Shown here one piece after another: positions 20,296 to 29,091 of a DNA stretch of 32,000 bases (position 1 is its first letter; each line of letters begins with the position of its first letter). Source of the stretch: Candidatus Saccharimonadota bacterium (GTDB taxonomy: Bacteria > Patescibacteriota > Gracilibacteria > Absconditabacterales > Absconditicoccaceae); the NCBI GenBank assembly GCA_965231145.1, contig OZ246420.1, positions 210,001 through 242,000 of the forward strand. The letters run 5' to 3'. The position numbers and the translations under genes were made by a program. The notes beneath the pieces were generated by a model that saw only the letters and a list, made by a program, of their open reading frames with translations, did no database searches and was not told the DNA's origin.

Positions 20296-21885
20296 ATGTC
20301 TAAGAAATTAATAGTTACCCTCTGCTCTTTGATTTTTGCTCTTTGAGTTGTATCTGCAGCTGAGCCTGCAAGCATCACTATCACTATGCTTCCGGTCAAT
20401 GCTACAGCTCCGAAGAAAAAGCAGGACATGAGACCTATTTCGATGAGGGATTTTTTCACGCAGTATTGTAATACGGTAGGATATGGTGTGCCACCTGTCT
20501 ACACACAGATTTCGCTTAAGATCCAGTGAGTAGCTCGTGAGGATGCGCTCTATGGAGCGCTTCAGAAGTGTGTGTATCTCGGTTTTATCCCAAATAGTAC
20601 CGTGAGTTATAAGTGGGGATCGTCGGTATCACCTAAATTTATTAATATTCTGATCAGTAAAAATATTCAGATCGATCCGGATATCAATGAAGATAATACA
20701 ACGATCACGCGTAAGGATTTGAATAATCTCATCAACTCACTGCCGAACTACCAGATGCTTATGAATGTGGGTGCAAAGAGTCGCTGGGGTTCAAATCCGA
20801 ACTATCTCAGTCCGGTGATCAGAGCGGAGGGATTTGGCATATTAAGCCAAGTGTATCAGTCGTTTAAATCTGACTACTGGTCGGGTGATGAGGTAACAGA
20901 CAACGTGCTTATGCAGGGAGCTATCAAGTGAATGACCGATTCGCTTGGAGATATTCATACGGAATATTTCCCTCCGACACAAGCGCAGCAGTTCAGTGAC
21001 CAGCTCAATGGTAATTTTGAGGGTATCGGTGGGTACCTTGATATCCGTTCGTCGGGTGATGTGATTATTACTTCTGTGATAAAGGATTCTCCAGCACAAA
21101 AAGCAGGACTTCTTCCGCAGGATCGTATCATAAAAATAGATGATTATACTATACAGCCAACTGACATCCTTGCTACTATTATTGCAAAGATTAAGTGACC
21201 CGCAGGCACTGTGGTGACTCTTACTATCCAGCGTAATGGCACCAATATAGTTATACCCGTGACAAGAGCGAAGATTACAATCAGTATGATCGACTATGAG
21301 ATAAAGAGTACAACGCCGATCGTGAAAATTCATACATTTGGCCGGGGAGTCGCTGCATCATGGATTGGTATCCTGAAACAGCATACAGCGCAGATCAGTA
21401 ATTCATCAAAGATCATCATAGATCTGAGAGACAATCCGGGAGGAAGTCTCCAGGAAGTAGCTGATATGCTTAGTGACTTTATTCCAGAGAATGAACCAGT
21501 CGTCGTGACTCGTTCAAGATATGATGAAGAAGTGGTGGTCTCAGCAGGAAGAAAGCTTATCGATTTTTCACATAAGAAGATCGTTATCCTTGTTAACTCA
21601 TCGACTGCTTCGGCATCGGAGATTATGGCAGGAACACTGAAAGACTACTTCCCGAAAAATGTTGTTATCATCGGTGAAACTACCTACTGAAAGTGATCAG
21701 TCCAATATCTTCAATCATTTGCTGATAACAGCAGTTTCAAGATGACGATCGCTCACTGGTACACAGGAAAGACAAAGAAGGCTATTGAGCATGTTGGTAT
21801 CAAGCCAGATCTCTTCGTAGAACTCGATCTCGATCAGCTCAAGAATGGAACTGATACACAGCTGCAAGCAGCGCTTAATAACTAA
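20296..21885 (+). CDS. S41 family C-terminal processing peptidase (Ctp/Prc-like) with signal peptide, N-terminal extension and PDZ domain (529 aa)
   Basis: The signal peptide is MSKKLIVTLCSLIFAL-G-VVSA. The PDZ-like segment is FEGIGGYL...VIKDSPAQKAGLLPQDRIIKIDD. The catalytic region is IIDLRDNPGGSL...NSSTASASEIMAG...GETTY-G-K-G-SVQ, with TGAs at 21688-21690 and 21694-21696. Pieces 20572.., 20932.. and 21211.. share one frame. The gene ends TAA 21883-21885. Confidence 0.9.
20323..20346 (+). repeat. Heptamer-phased TGCTCTT TGATTTT TGCTCTT TGA in the ctp signal-peptide codons
   Basis: TGCTCTTTGA occurs twice, 14 nt apart (20323 and 20337). It contains GCTCTTT, the complement of the AAAGAGC word seen at 15027-15047 and 21885-21905. 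Confidence 0.75.
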
Positions 21886-21999
21886 AAGAGCGGAGAGCAA
21901 AGAGCATAAAAAACATTATCATTATATAAAAAACCTGCACTAGTGCAGGTTTTTTTACAATCCTTCATTTTGCTCTTTTATCTCTCACCTTTGCTCTAT
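21885..21999. repeat. Outer heptamer arms (AAAGAGC family) bracketing a canonical terminator
   Basis: The left arm is AAAGAGC GGAGAGC AAAGAGC (21885-21905). The right arm is GCTCTTT TATCTCT CACCTTT GCTCTAT (21972-21999). AAAGAGC (21899-21905) is the exact complement of GCTCTTT (21972-21978). Confidence 0.75.
21926..21957. terminator. Bidirectional rho-independent terminator between convergent genes
   Basis: ACCTGCAC (21933-21940) pairs with GTGCAGGT (21943-21950). A6 lies upstream and T7 downstream. Confidence 0.85.
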
Positions 22000-22001
22000 T
22001 T

Positions 22002-23474
22002 TTACTGTATCAGGATTCCAGCTGAGAAAGCTGCCCATGATTCGTGGTTTGTCTTTACGATGAATGTCTTTGTTGCGTCAGCGCTTTCGACTACTGCATA
22101 GCTTGGAAGCTTTGCTTTGATCTCTTCTACTGTAAGCTTTGTTACACACTCATAGATTTCCACCCCAGGTGCAACTGATGTGTTGTCTCTGTCGTTATAT
22201 GATTTTACTTGTATGTCTACGTAGCAGTTTGTCTTCTCAAGTCCGAAATCTTCATCGAGATTCACCCCCTCGAAGCTGATCTTTTGTGAAGGAAAGAAGA
22301 TAGAGTAGTTTCCTCTGTTGGAAACAAACATATAACCTGTTGCTGTTGGTCCAGGAACTTTTCCTACTGTTGTTGGAAGTGTTGGCTGGGTTGGAGTGCT
22401 TCCAGTATTTGGAGTTGCCGTTGTTCCTGTCGTTGGAGCAGTAGTTCCTTCGTTGCTGATGATGTAGTTTGTCAGCGTCATATTCTCCTGATGCTCACTA
22501 AATGTTGTCGAGAGGATACATGTTACTTTCTTTCCATCAGTATCTGTTCCTTCAGCAGTGGTAGTCCATGTGTTGCCTTTTGCTGTCGTTGTCTGTTTTG
22601 TAATAGTAGAAAGTCTTGATGTCGCATTGTAGCAGAAGTTAGATGCTTGTGCTGATACGCGAGTCTCAATATATTTTGTATTCAATGGGAAGATATACGC
22701 GGATGCCTTATAGAAGAAAGCATCCTTTGGTACGTCTACCATGTATCCCATGTTATCATTGTTTGAGAACCACTTTGTCGTTTCTGGAAGTCTATAGAAA
22801 GTCATGCCTTGGCTGTTCGTGAACTGTTCTCCTGCTTGTGCTGATGTCTTGATTTGCTGGCAGTCTTTGAGAGGGTCGCTCTTCTGGCATGTGAAGTAGG
22901 TAATAGTGATAGTATCTCCACTCATACTTGATGCTGTATCTGCGATCGTGATCGCATTTCCGTTGGTAGTGACAGCGAGCGGTGATGTGTGTGCACTGAC
23001 GTCTACGAGAAGGTTTGCGTCGGCGATGTATGTTTTCGCATTTGATGAGTCTGTTGTGAGAGCTGTGTTTGTGTCGCTTGTGATAAATGACACATCGATA
23101 ACATACATATTTCCTTCATAGCTGTTCACGGTTCCTTTGACAGATACTTTACCGTTGTAGTTCCCGATAGAAGTCTTTGTGCTTATAAGACCTACTTTTT
23201 CGTTACTTGCAAGCTGGAGGATATATGAGTACTTAAGCTGGTCACTTGAAGGCTGGAGTTCTCCCGAAAGGATTACCTCTTTGCCAACATACATGCTGCT
23301 GAGCATACTTTGCCCGCTTATCATGTTTTCACCAGTTCCAGTTGTATTATTATTTTCCTGTATTTTTGATCCTGTCTTTTGCAGATACCAAAGTCCAATC
23401 GCAATGATCCCGAGAACCAGGATAAGTGCTACGAGCGGTGCTCATCATTTCTTGTTTTTTCTTTTCATCGCCAT
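22002..23474 (-). CDS. Membrane-anchored, Thr/Ser/Pro-rich putative surface protein (about 490 aa)
   Basis: ORF-track 22002..23324 extends upstream through two adjacent TGAs (23445-23450) to ATG 23474 or 23468. The N-terminus is M(AM)KRKNKK-G-G-APLVALILVLGIIAIGLWYL (TM anchor). A linker TTAPTTGTTATPNTGSTPTQPTLPTT follows. I recognise no catalytic motif. The gene ends TAA 22002-22004. Confidence 0.65.
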
Positions 23475-23587
23475 GAGAGTGGTGTAGATTACGTATAAAT
23501 GCGGAGATATGATAGTTAACTTGCCCGAACTTTGCAAGCGCACCTTCCTTTCTAATGTTTACATTTTTCTAAAGTGATGCATGGCTT

Positions 23588-23660
23588 GCGAGTTGCAGCT
23601 GGCAGATGGCAACTAGCAAGTAGCATGCTATCTGCGAGTTGCTGCCTGCTAGTTGCAAGT
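23588..23660. repeat. Heptamer-phased imperfect palindrome (GCAnnTn words) downstream of mscL
   Basis: The sequence reads GCGAGTT GCAGCTG GCAGATG GCAACTA GCAAGTA GCATGCT, then TGCTATC TGCGAGT TGCTGCC TGCTAGT TGCAAGT. It is symmetric about GCATGC (23623-23628). Of 35 opposed positions I count 26 Watson-Crick, 5 G-T and 4 mismatches. Confidence 0.85.
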
Positions 23661-23661
23661 A

Positions 23662-23946
23662 TTACGCTTTAATGCTTAGTGACTTAATAATAATAAAGAC
23701 AATCAGAGCTGTAATGAGAAAATCAATACATCTTGCTAAAAGTCTTCCATAGAGAATTCCTCTCCACGAGAGCTCATTGAGCTTTTCTATCTTGAGTTTT
23801 TTCATGGTTGGAGCGAGGATGGCTGGCGTCAAAAGGTCTTCCACAAATGATTTTACTACGTCGCTTACTTTTGCAGCTACTAACAGACCAATGGCAAGTC
23901 CGATGATGTTGTTTTTCAGAACGAAATCGATAAATTCCTGTAACAT
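23662..23946 (-). CDS. mscL: Large-conductance mechanosensitive channel MscL-like (94 aa, short)
   Basis: MLQEFIDFVLKNNIIGLAIGLLVAAKVSDVVKSFVEDLLTP matches the MscL N-terminus and TM1 pattern (MLKEFKEF..GNV.DLAVGVIIG). A second TM helix is present at the C-terminus. The gene ends TAA. Confidence 0.75.
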   Translation of the reverse strand: MLQEFIDFVLKNNIIGLAIGLLVAAKVSDVVKSFVEDLLTPAILAPTMKKLKIEKLNELSWRGILYGRLLARCIDFLITALIVFIIIKSLSIKA

Positions 23947-23984
23947 TGTACTCTTCTTTACCTGATAAAAGCGGTGATTACCAT

Positions 23985-24431
23985 ATGTCTTTCAGCGATA
24001 AAAACAAGACTAATCGAAACCATATTGGTACGGTGTCTCTTATCATCTTGCTGGTTGGTGTCGATCTTCTCACAAAATGGCTTATTTTTTCTACAAGGCC
24101 CGACGGGGTCGGGCCGCGGCTCACTCCTATCATCAATCCTGGAGCAGCGCGATCGTTGCAGATAGGAGTTCCCCTTCTTATACTTATTGCTGCGGTGGTA
24201 TGTATCGCGCTCATCGTCATCTATGAGAAGAAATGAATGAGTAGATGGGCATTTATACTTATCATGGCATGAGCGCTGGGAAATCTCTACGATCGTATTG
24301 TTTTTGGATGAGTGAGAGATTTCATCTCTCTCAGCACATTTCCCGTCTTCAATGTCGCTGATATACTCATTACCTGTGGGGTGTTGTTGTTAGCGTTACA
24401 GTACAGAAGAGAAGCAAGGAAAAATAGGTAA
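23985..24431 (+). CDS. lspA: Lipoprotein signal peptidase II (148 aa)
   Basis: A-G-ALGNLYDRIVFG-G-VRDFISL...FPVFNVADILI carries the LspA N-x-x-D-R and FN-x-AD motifs. TGAs lie at 24234-24236, 24270-24272 and 24309-24311. I prefer ATG 23985 over the track's TTG 23946, which overlaps the mscL start. The gene ends TAA 24429-24431. Confidence 0.88.
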
Positions 24432-24444
24432 TATTCGGTATTGT

Positions 24445-24501
24445 ATGGACGTACTATTTTACGTCCATGTTGTATAGTAGCAGGGACGCATTATAGCGTC
24501 C
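24445..24501 (+). terminator. Two consecutive GGACG-stem hairpins in the lspA-trxB spacer (possible terminator or regulatory element)
   Basis: ATGGACGTA (24445-24453) pairs with TACGTCCAT (24460-24468). GGACGC (24484-24489) pairs with GCGTCC (24496-24501). Neither has a clear T-run. Confidence 0.4.
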
Positions 24502-24529
24502 GTACATTTAGTTTATTAGTGTATAAGTC

Positions 24530-25468
24530 ATGGAAAACGTAGTAATCATAGGATGAGGACCAGCAGGAAATAGTGCGGCTATTTATGCGGCGCGTGCAAA
24601 TTTGAACCCAATTATGTTTGAAGGGTTTTATGCAGGTGGTATGGCTCCTGGAGGCCAATTGACAACGACAACGGAAGTGGAAAACTATCCTGGTTATACG
24701 AGTATCAACGGTCCTGAGCTTATGATGAAGATGCGCGAGCAGGCGATACATTGCGGAGCTCGCATTGAGACGAAGACAGTTGATATGGTTGATCTTTCCG
24801 TATGGCCCTATAAGGTAACACTTGGTAGCGAAGTGATTGAGGCTAAGACGATCATCATCACAACAGGAGCTACAGCAAAGCGTATGGGTGTGCCAGGTGA
24901 AGATACATTTTGGCAAAAGGGTATCAGCGCTTGTGCAGTGTGTGACGGTGCGCTTCCTATCTTCCGTAACAACCCTGTTGTCGTTGTTGGTGGAGGAGAT
25001 GTTGCGTGTGAAGAAGCGATGCATATGGCAAAATTTGCAAGTCATGTTTCTCTTCTCGTGAGACGTGATGTCATGCGTGCTTCAAAAGCGATGCAAGAAA
25101 GAGTCATGAATAATCCTAAGATCACAGTTATGTGGAATACAGAGCTTCTCGAAGCACATGGAGAACAAACACTCCAGCAGCTCAAGATCGTGAACAATCA
25201 GACAAAAGAAGAAACGATGATTGATGCTAAGGGACTCTTCTACGCGATTGGTCATACGCCAAATACAGCGTTTCTGCAAAACCAGATCGAGCTCGATGAT
25301 ATGGGTTATATAAAGACAGTTCCTGGAACTACAAAGACAAGTAAAGACGGAGTCTTTGCAGCAGGAGACGTACAAGATCATATCTATCGTCAGGCTATTA
25401 CCTCAGCAGGAACGGGCTGCATGGCAGCGCTCGATGCCGAGAGGTGGCTCGGAGAACATAGCAACTAA
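24530..25468 (+). CDS. trxB: Thioredoxin reductase (312 aa)
   Basis: MENVVIIG-G-GPAGNSAAIYAARA is the FAD GxGxxG motif, with TGA 24554-24556 as a motif Gly. The redox CAVC lies at 24932-24943. The second dinucleotide motif is VVVGGGDVACEEA. The C-terminal GVFAAGDV is present. The gene ends TAA. Confidence 0.95.
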
Positions 25469-25485
25469 TAAGCATTTCTTTCTAT

Positions 25486-25513
25486 GAAAAAACCACCCCG
25501 GAGGGTGGTTTTT
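25486..25513 (+). terminator. Rho-independent terminator of trxB
   Basis: AACCACCC (25491-25498) pairs with GGGTGGTT (25503-25510), loop CGGA, followed by a T-run. Confidence 0.85.
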
Positions 25514-25677
25514 ATGTTAAAAGTGAAATGCATAGCATTCGGCATATATAGATGAAAATAAGTCAACTATATATTCTGCTGTTTTTACCCTTTCGGGAGT
25601 GGGGTTTTGCCTCTTGCTAATGCCATAGATATACTTATTACAGAGCGATATTTACTCATTCGAAAACAAAACATTTC

Positions 25678-28600
25678 ATGACCTTGTGTACTGATCAGCT
25701 AATACGTACGTTACAAGCAAACGACGGCCTCAAAGAGGACGTAATTTCTGGCCGTGTGACGATTGGTGATCTGGCAACGAAAGCGTGGTGAAGCGCTGGT
25801 AAACCGATCTGTTATAAAGAATTTTGAGAAATTTATAAGATACGTGACTATGTACAGTCTGTCAATCTCGATGCTGTGATAGATGCAGGTGTGCAGGTAG
25901 ATACTGGTGTGAAACTGACAGGTTCTACGAGTGCAGGATTTTCTTTTCCATGGTTTCAGTGAGAGCAGTTCAGAGAGTATCTGAATATGGCTGGCTTGGT
26001 TGTCGGTGGAATGATTGCTATCCTCATAGCATGGAAACTTATCAGAGGACTGTTTATTTTCCTGTACGATGTGCTCAATGCATGGCGTACTGTTTATCTT
26101 CGTGTCATCCTTCCGCGTGGTGATGATAAGATCTCGCGTGAACAAGATAAGGACGTGGCAAAAGATATGAAGGAAAAACTGTCACGTATGGGGCAGGTGT
26201 ATGAGGCACTTCATAAGCTTGGACATTCATCACTTCGTGATAGTACGATGAATTTTCTTTTCCGTAAGCCAAAGGTAACTACTATCTGGCAGTATGAAAA
26301 AGGGCTTCTTCACTGTATCATAGGTGTCTATCCTGAATATAAGAAGATCGTAGAGTCGGCTGTCGCAGCTCAGTTTCCGGACGCATCGATAGAAAGTCTC
26401 GATAAGAGACCAGCGTTTTTCTCGAAGAAGCATTCAAATATTGCTGTCATGGAGACGGAGAGAAGTTCGATCTATCCGATCAAGACATTTAAACAAATGT
26501 CAGACGATCCGATCAATGATCTTATCGATACGATGGGGAAGATGTCGACAGAGGATACGTTTAGTATCGTCATGCCGCTCAAACCAGCAAGCGATGCGTT
26601 CAATAAAAAGGCTAAGAAATGGGCAACAGGTCTGTATAGAAGAGATGAATTTTATGTCAAATGAGGTCATACGTATCGATGGAAATGGCTTATTCCGCCC
26701 TACCGGATATGGGCATTGATCGTTTTCCTGATTAAGTGAGTCAAGAAAAAGGGTGAGCATGATACGATGCAATCGGGTGGAAAAGATATGGTGCGTATGA
26801 CTAAGGCAGAAGAAGATGCTCTCAATATCATGGGTGAAGAAGCCGGAAAACACGCTTTTGAAACAGCTATTTTTCTTATCTCTTCATCAGACGATGCAGA
26901 TCGTGCCGTACAAAATATCAATAACATGGAAGCGGTCTTTACGATCTATCGCGATGAGTTCAACAATGAATTAGATAATAATAACCTTAAGACTGACGCA
27001 CTTGGTTTCTTCTTTAAGCCGCTTTGGAAGTTCGCTGCAAGATTTTGACTGTGTCATTTCTTCTTCAAGAAGACGATCATGACTCCAAATGCACTGACAT
27101 CGCTTTTCCATATGCCCGATGGTATCTATAATCGTTCGCCTATTATAAAGTGGCTCGACTATAAGATGCTTGCAGCGCCGGATAATCTTCCGAAGCTCAA
27201 AGATCCAACAGATTATATCATTACTGGAGTTATCGCTGAGCAATATATGGGTGGTAAGATCGAGAAACTATTTGCTGAAAACGAAAGCTGGGCAGTAGGT
27301 TCGAAGCAGGAAGAAGTGGTAGAGCTTCTCGACTATGTTCCTGGATATAAGCCGCAGCTAGGTGAGACTATTGTAGAAACAACTGACGGTAAAAAACATA
27401 TTGAAAGAAGGGTAAATGTAACGAAAAAGGGTTTGCGTGTCTTTAAAGACGGAGTACTTCTTGGTGTTAATGTGTATCGTAATACCTATACGCCGATCTA
27501 TATGCTGAAGAAAGATAGAACAAGACATTACTATATCGTCGGAAAATCAGGTACAGGTAAGTCGGTATTTATCGATTCGCTTGCACGTCAGGATATCTGG
27601 GCTGGTAATGGTTGTTGTGTGATCGATCCGCATGGAGACCTTGTGGAAAGCATATTGCAATACATACCAAAGGAGAGAGCAAAAGATGTTGTGTACTTTG
27701 ATGCCGGAAATGAAGAGCGTCCGATGGGTCTCAATCTCTATGAGATCTCGTCTGTTGACCAGTCAGATCGTATTGTAAACGATGCGACGGAAATGTTCTT
27801 GAAGATGTTCGGTCCGGAAATCTTCGGTCCACGTATCCAGGAGTACTTTAAGTATGGTTCCCTGACACTGCTTGAAGACTTGGAAGATCCGGCAACGCTT
27901 ATTGACGTGCCAAGACTCTTTACGGATGAGACATATAGAGACTACAAAGTGAAGAAGGTTAAAAATCCGGTGGTGAGAAACTTCTGGGAAAAGACATATA
28001 ATGCGATTGGTGATCGTGAAAAGCAAGAAATCATCCCATACTTCACATCAAAATTCGTATCATTTATTACTAACTCATTGATCCGTAATATCATCGGACA
28101 AACGAAGTCAGCGTTTAACTTTAGACAGATTATGGACGAAGGAAAAATCCTTCTCGTTAATCTCTCGAAGGGTAAGATCGGTGAGCTCAATGCACAGCTT
28201 CTTGGTATGATCCTTGTGTCGAACATTTATAATGCAGCGATGTCTCGTCAGGATATCGATGAAGATAAGCGTAGAGATTTCTATCTGTACGTCGACGAGT
28301 TCCAGAACTTTGTAACCAATACCTTTGCAGACATCTTGTCAGAAGCTCGTAAGTATAAGCTGTCGCTTATCATGGCGCATCAGTACATCGCGCAGCTTGA
28401 TGGTGGAGGAAGTAACAATATCGGTGAATCATCCGGCGGTAAAAAGTCAGTGAAAGATGCTGTGTTCGGTAACGTGGGTACGATGCAATCATTTAAGATC
28501 GGTGCACCCGATGCAGAGTTCCTCGAGAAAGAGTATGCTCCTGTACTGAGTGCTCAGGACATTGTATGAATAGCGAACTATAAAGCATATATTAAACTGA

Positions 28601-28971
28601 ACATCAATAACTCAACATCGCGTGTCTTCAGTATGAATGCGATCGGAACAACCGACTATCAGAACAAGAAAGCAGCTGCTATATTGCAAGAATACAGCGC
28701 GAAAAAGTATGGTCGTAAGAAAGAGTTCGTTGAAGCTGAGATACAAGCAAGGCTTGGGATACTTACCTCAGATCCTACGGAACCAAATTTACAAAGCACA
28801 GATTCATCTGCCGCGGTAGATCAAAATTCACAATCAAATACGGAGTGATCATCAATAACTCCAGCGACTAATAATCCAGAGCCAGTAACAAATATTCCAA
28901 CAGATACTGCTCCTGCGAGTACAGAGAGTACGCCGCCGGCAGAGGCGCCATCTGCGTCAGCAAACATATAA
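25678..28971 (+). CDS. TraD/TrwB/VirD4-like (T4SS coupling-protein family) P-loop ATPase with a long N-terminal membrane/unknown region and a low-complexity tail (up to 1097 aa)
   Basis: Pieces 25987.., 26767.., 27079.. and 28633.. share one frame, joined only by TGA (26662, 26737, 27046, 28567 and 28846). Walker A GKSGTGKS lies at 27541-27564, followed by VIDPHGDL. Walker B YLYVDEFQN lies at 28282-28308, followed by SEARKYKLSLIMAHQY. A TM segment MAGLVVGGMIAILIAWKLI lies at 25987. The start is uncertain (ATG 25678 or ATG 25987). The gene ends TAA 28969-28971. Confidence 0.75.
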
Positions 28972-28980
28972 TACTATAAA

Positions 28981-29052
28981 GCAACTAGCAAGTAGCAGTT
29001 GGCAGGCAGCAAAAGAATGCTACTTGCTATATGCCAGTTGCTAGCTGCTTTT
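28981..29052 (+). repeat. Heptamer-phased hairpin (GCAnnTn words) with T-run; likely terminator of the ATPase gene
   Basis: The sequence reads GCAACTA GCAAGTA GCAGTTG GCAGGCA GCAAAAG, then AA, then TGCTACT TGCTATA TGCCAGT TGCTAGC TGCTTTT. A perfect 11-bp stem pairs AGCAAGTAGCA (28987-28997) with TGCTACTTGCT (29018-29028). The first 17 nt are identical to 23609-23625. Confidence 0.85.
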
Positions 29053-29091
29053 TCTTATTGAAACATGTGGCTCTTTCTCTAAGATATCGGT

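Noticed and set aside
22002-23324. Absence of TGA codons across 440 codons of the surface-protein gene as a sign of foreign (standard-code) origin.
   Set aside because: TGA-Gly density is low and uneven in clearly native genes too (4 in 1061 codons of ileS). The gene's own N-terminus uses two TGAs. This is not statistically meaningful without genome-wide codon statistics.
25678-28971. The TraD/VirD4-like gene as evidence for an integrated conjugative element or genomic island.
   Set aside because: No integrase, relaxase, VirB4, replication gene, flanking direct repeats or tRNA target occurs in the window. The flanks are housekeeping genes with the same TGA-Gly usage. It is treated instead as an orphan chromosomal gene.
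23588-29052. Could the repeated GCAACTAGCAAGTAGCA-type sequences be a CRISPR array or its remnants?
   Set aside because: The periodicity is 7 nt with no unique spacers of 25-40 nt. Arrays total under 80 nt, each is paired with its own complement, and no cas genes are present.
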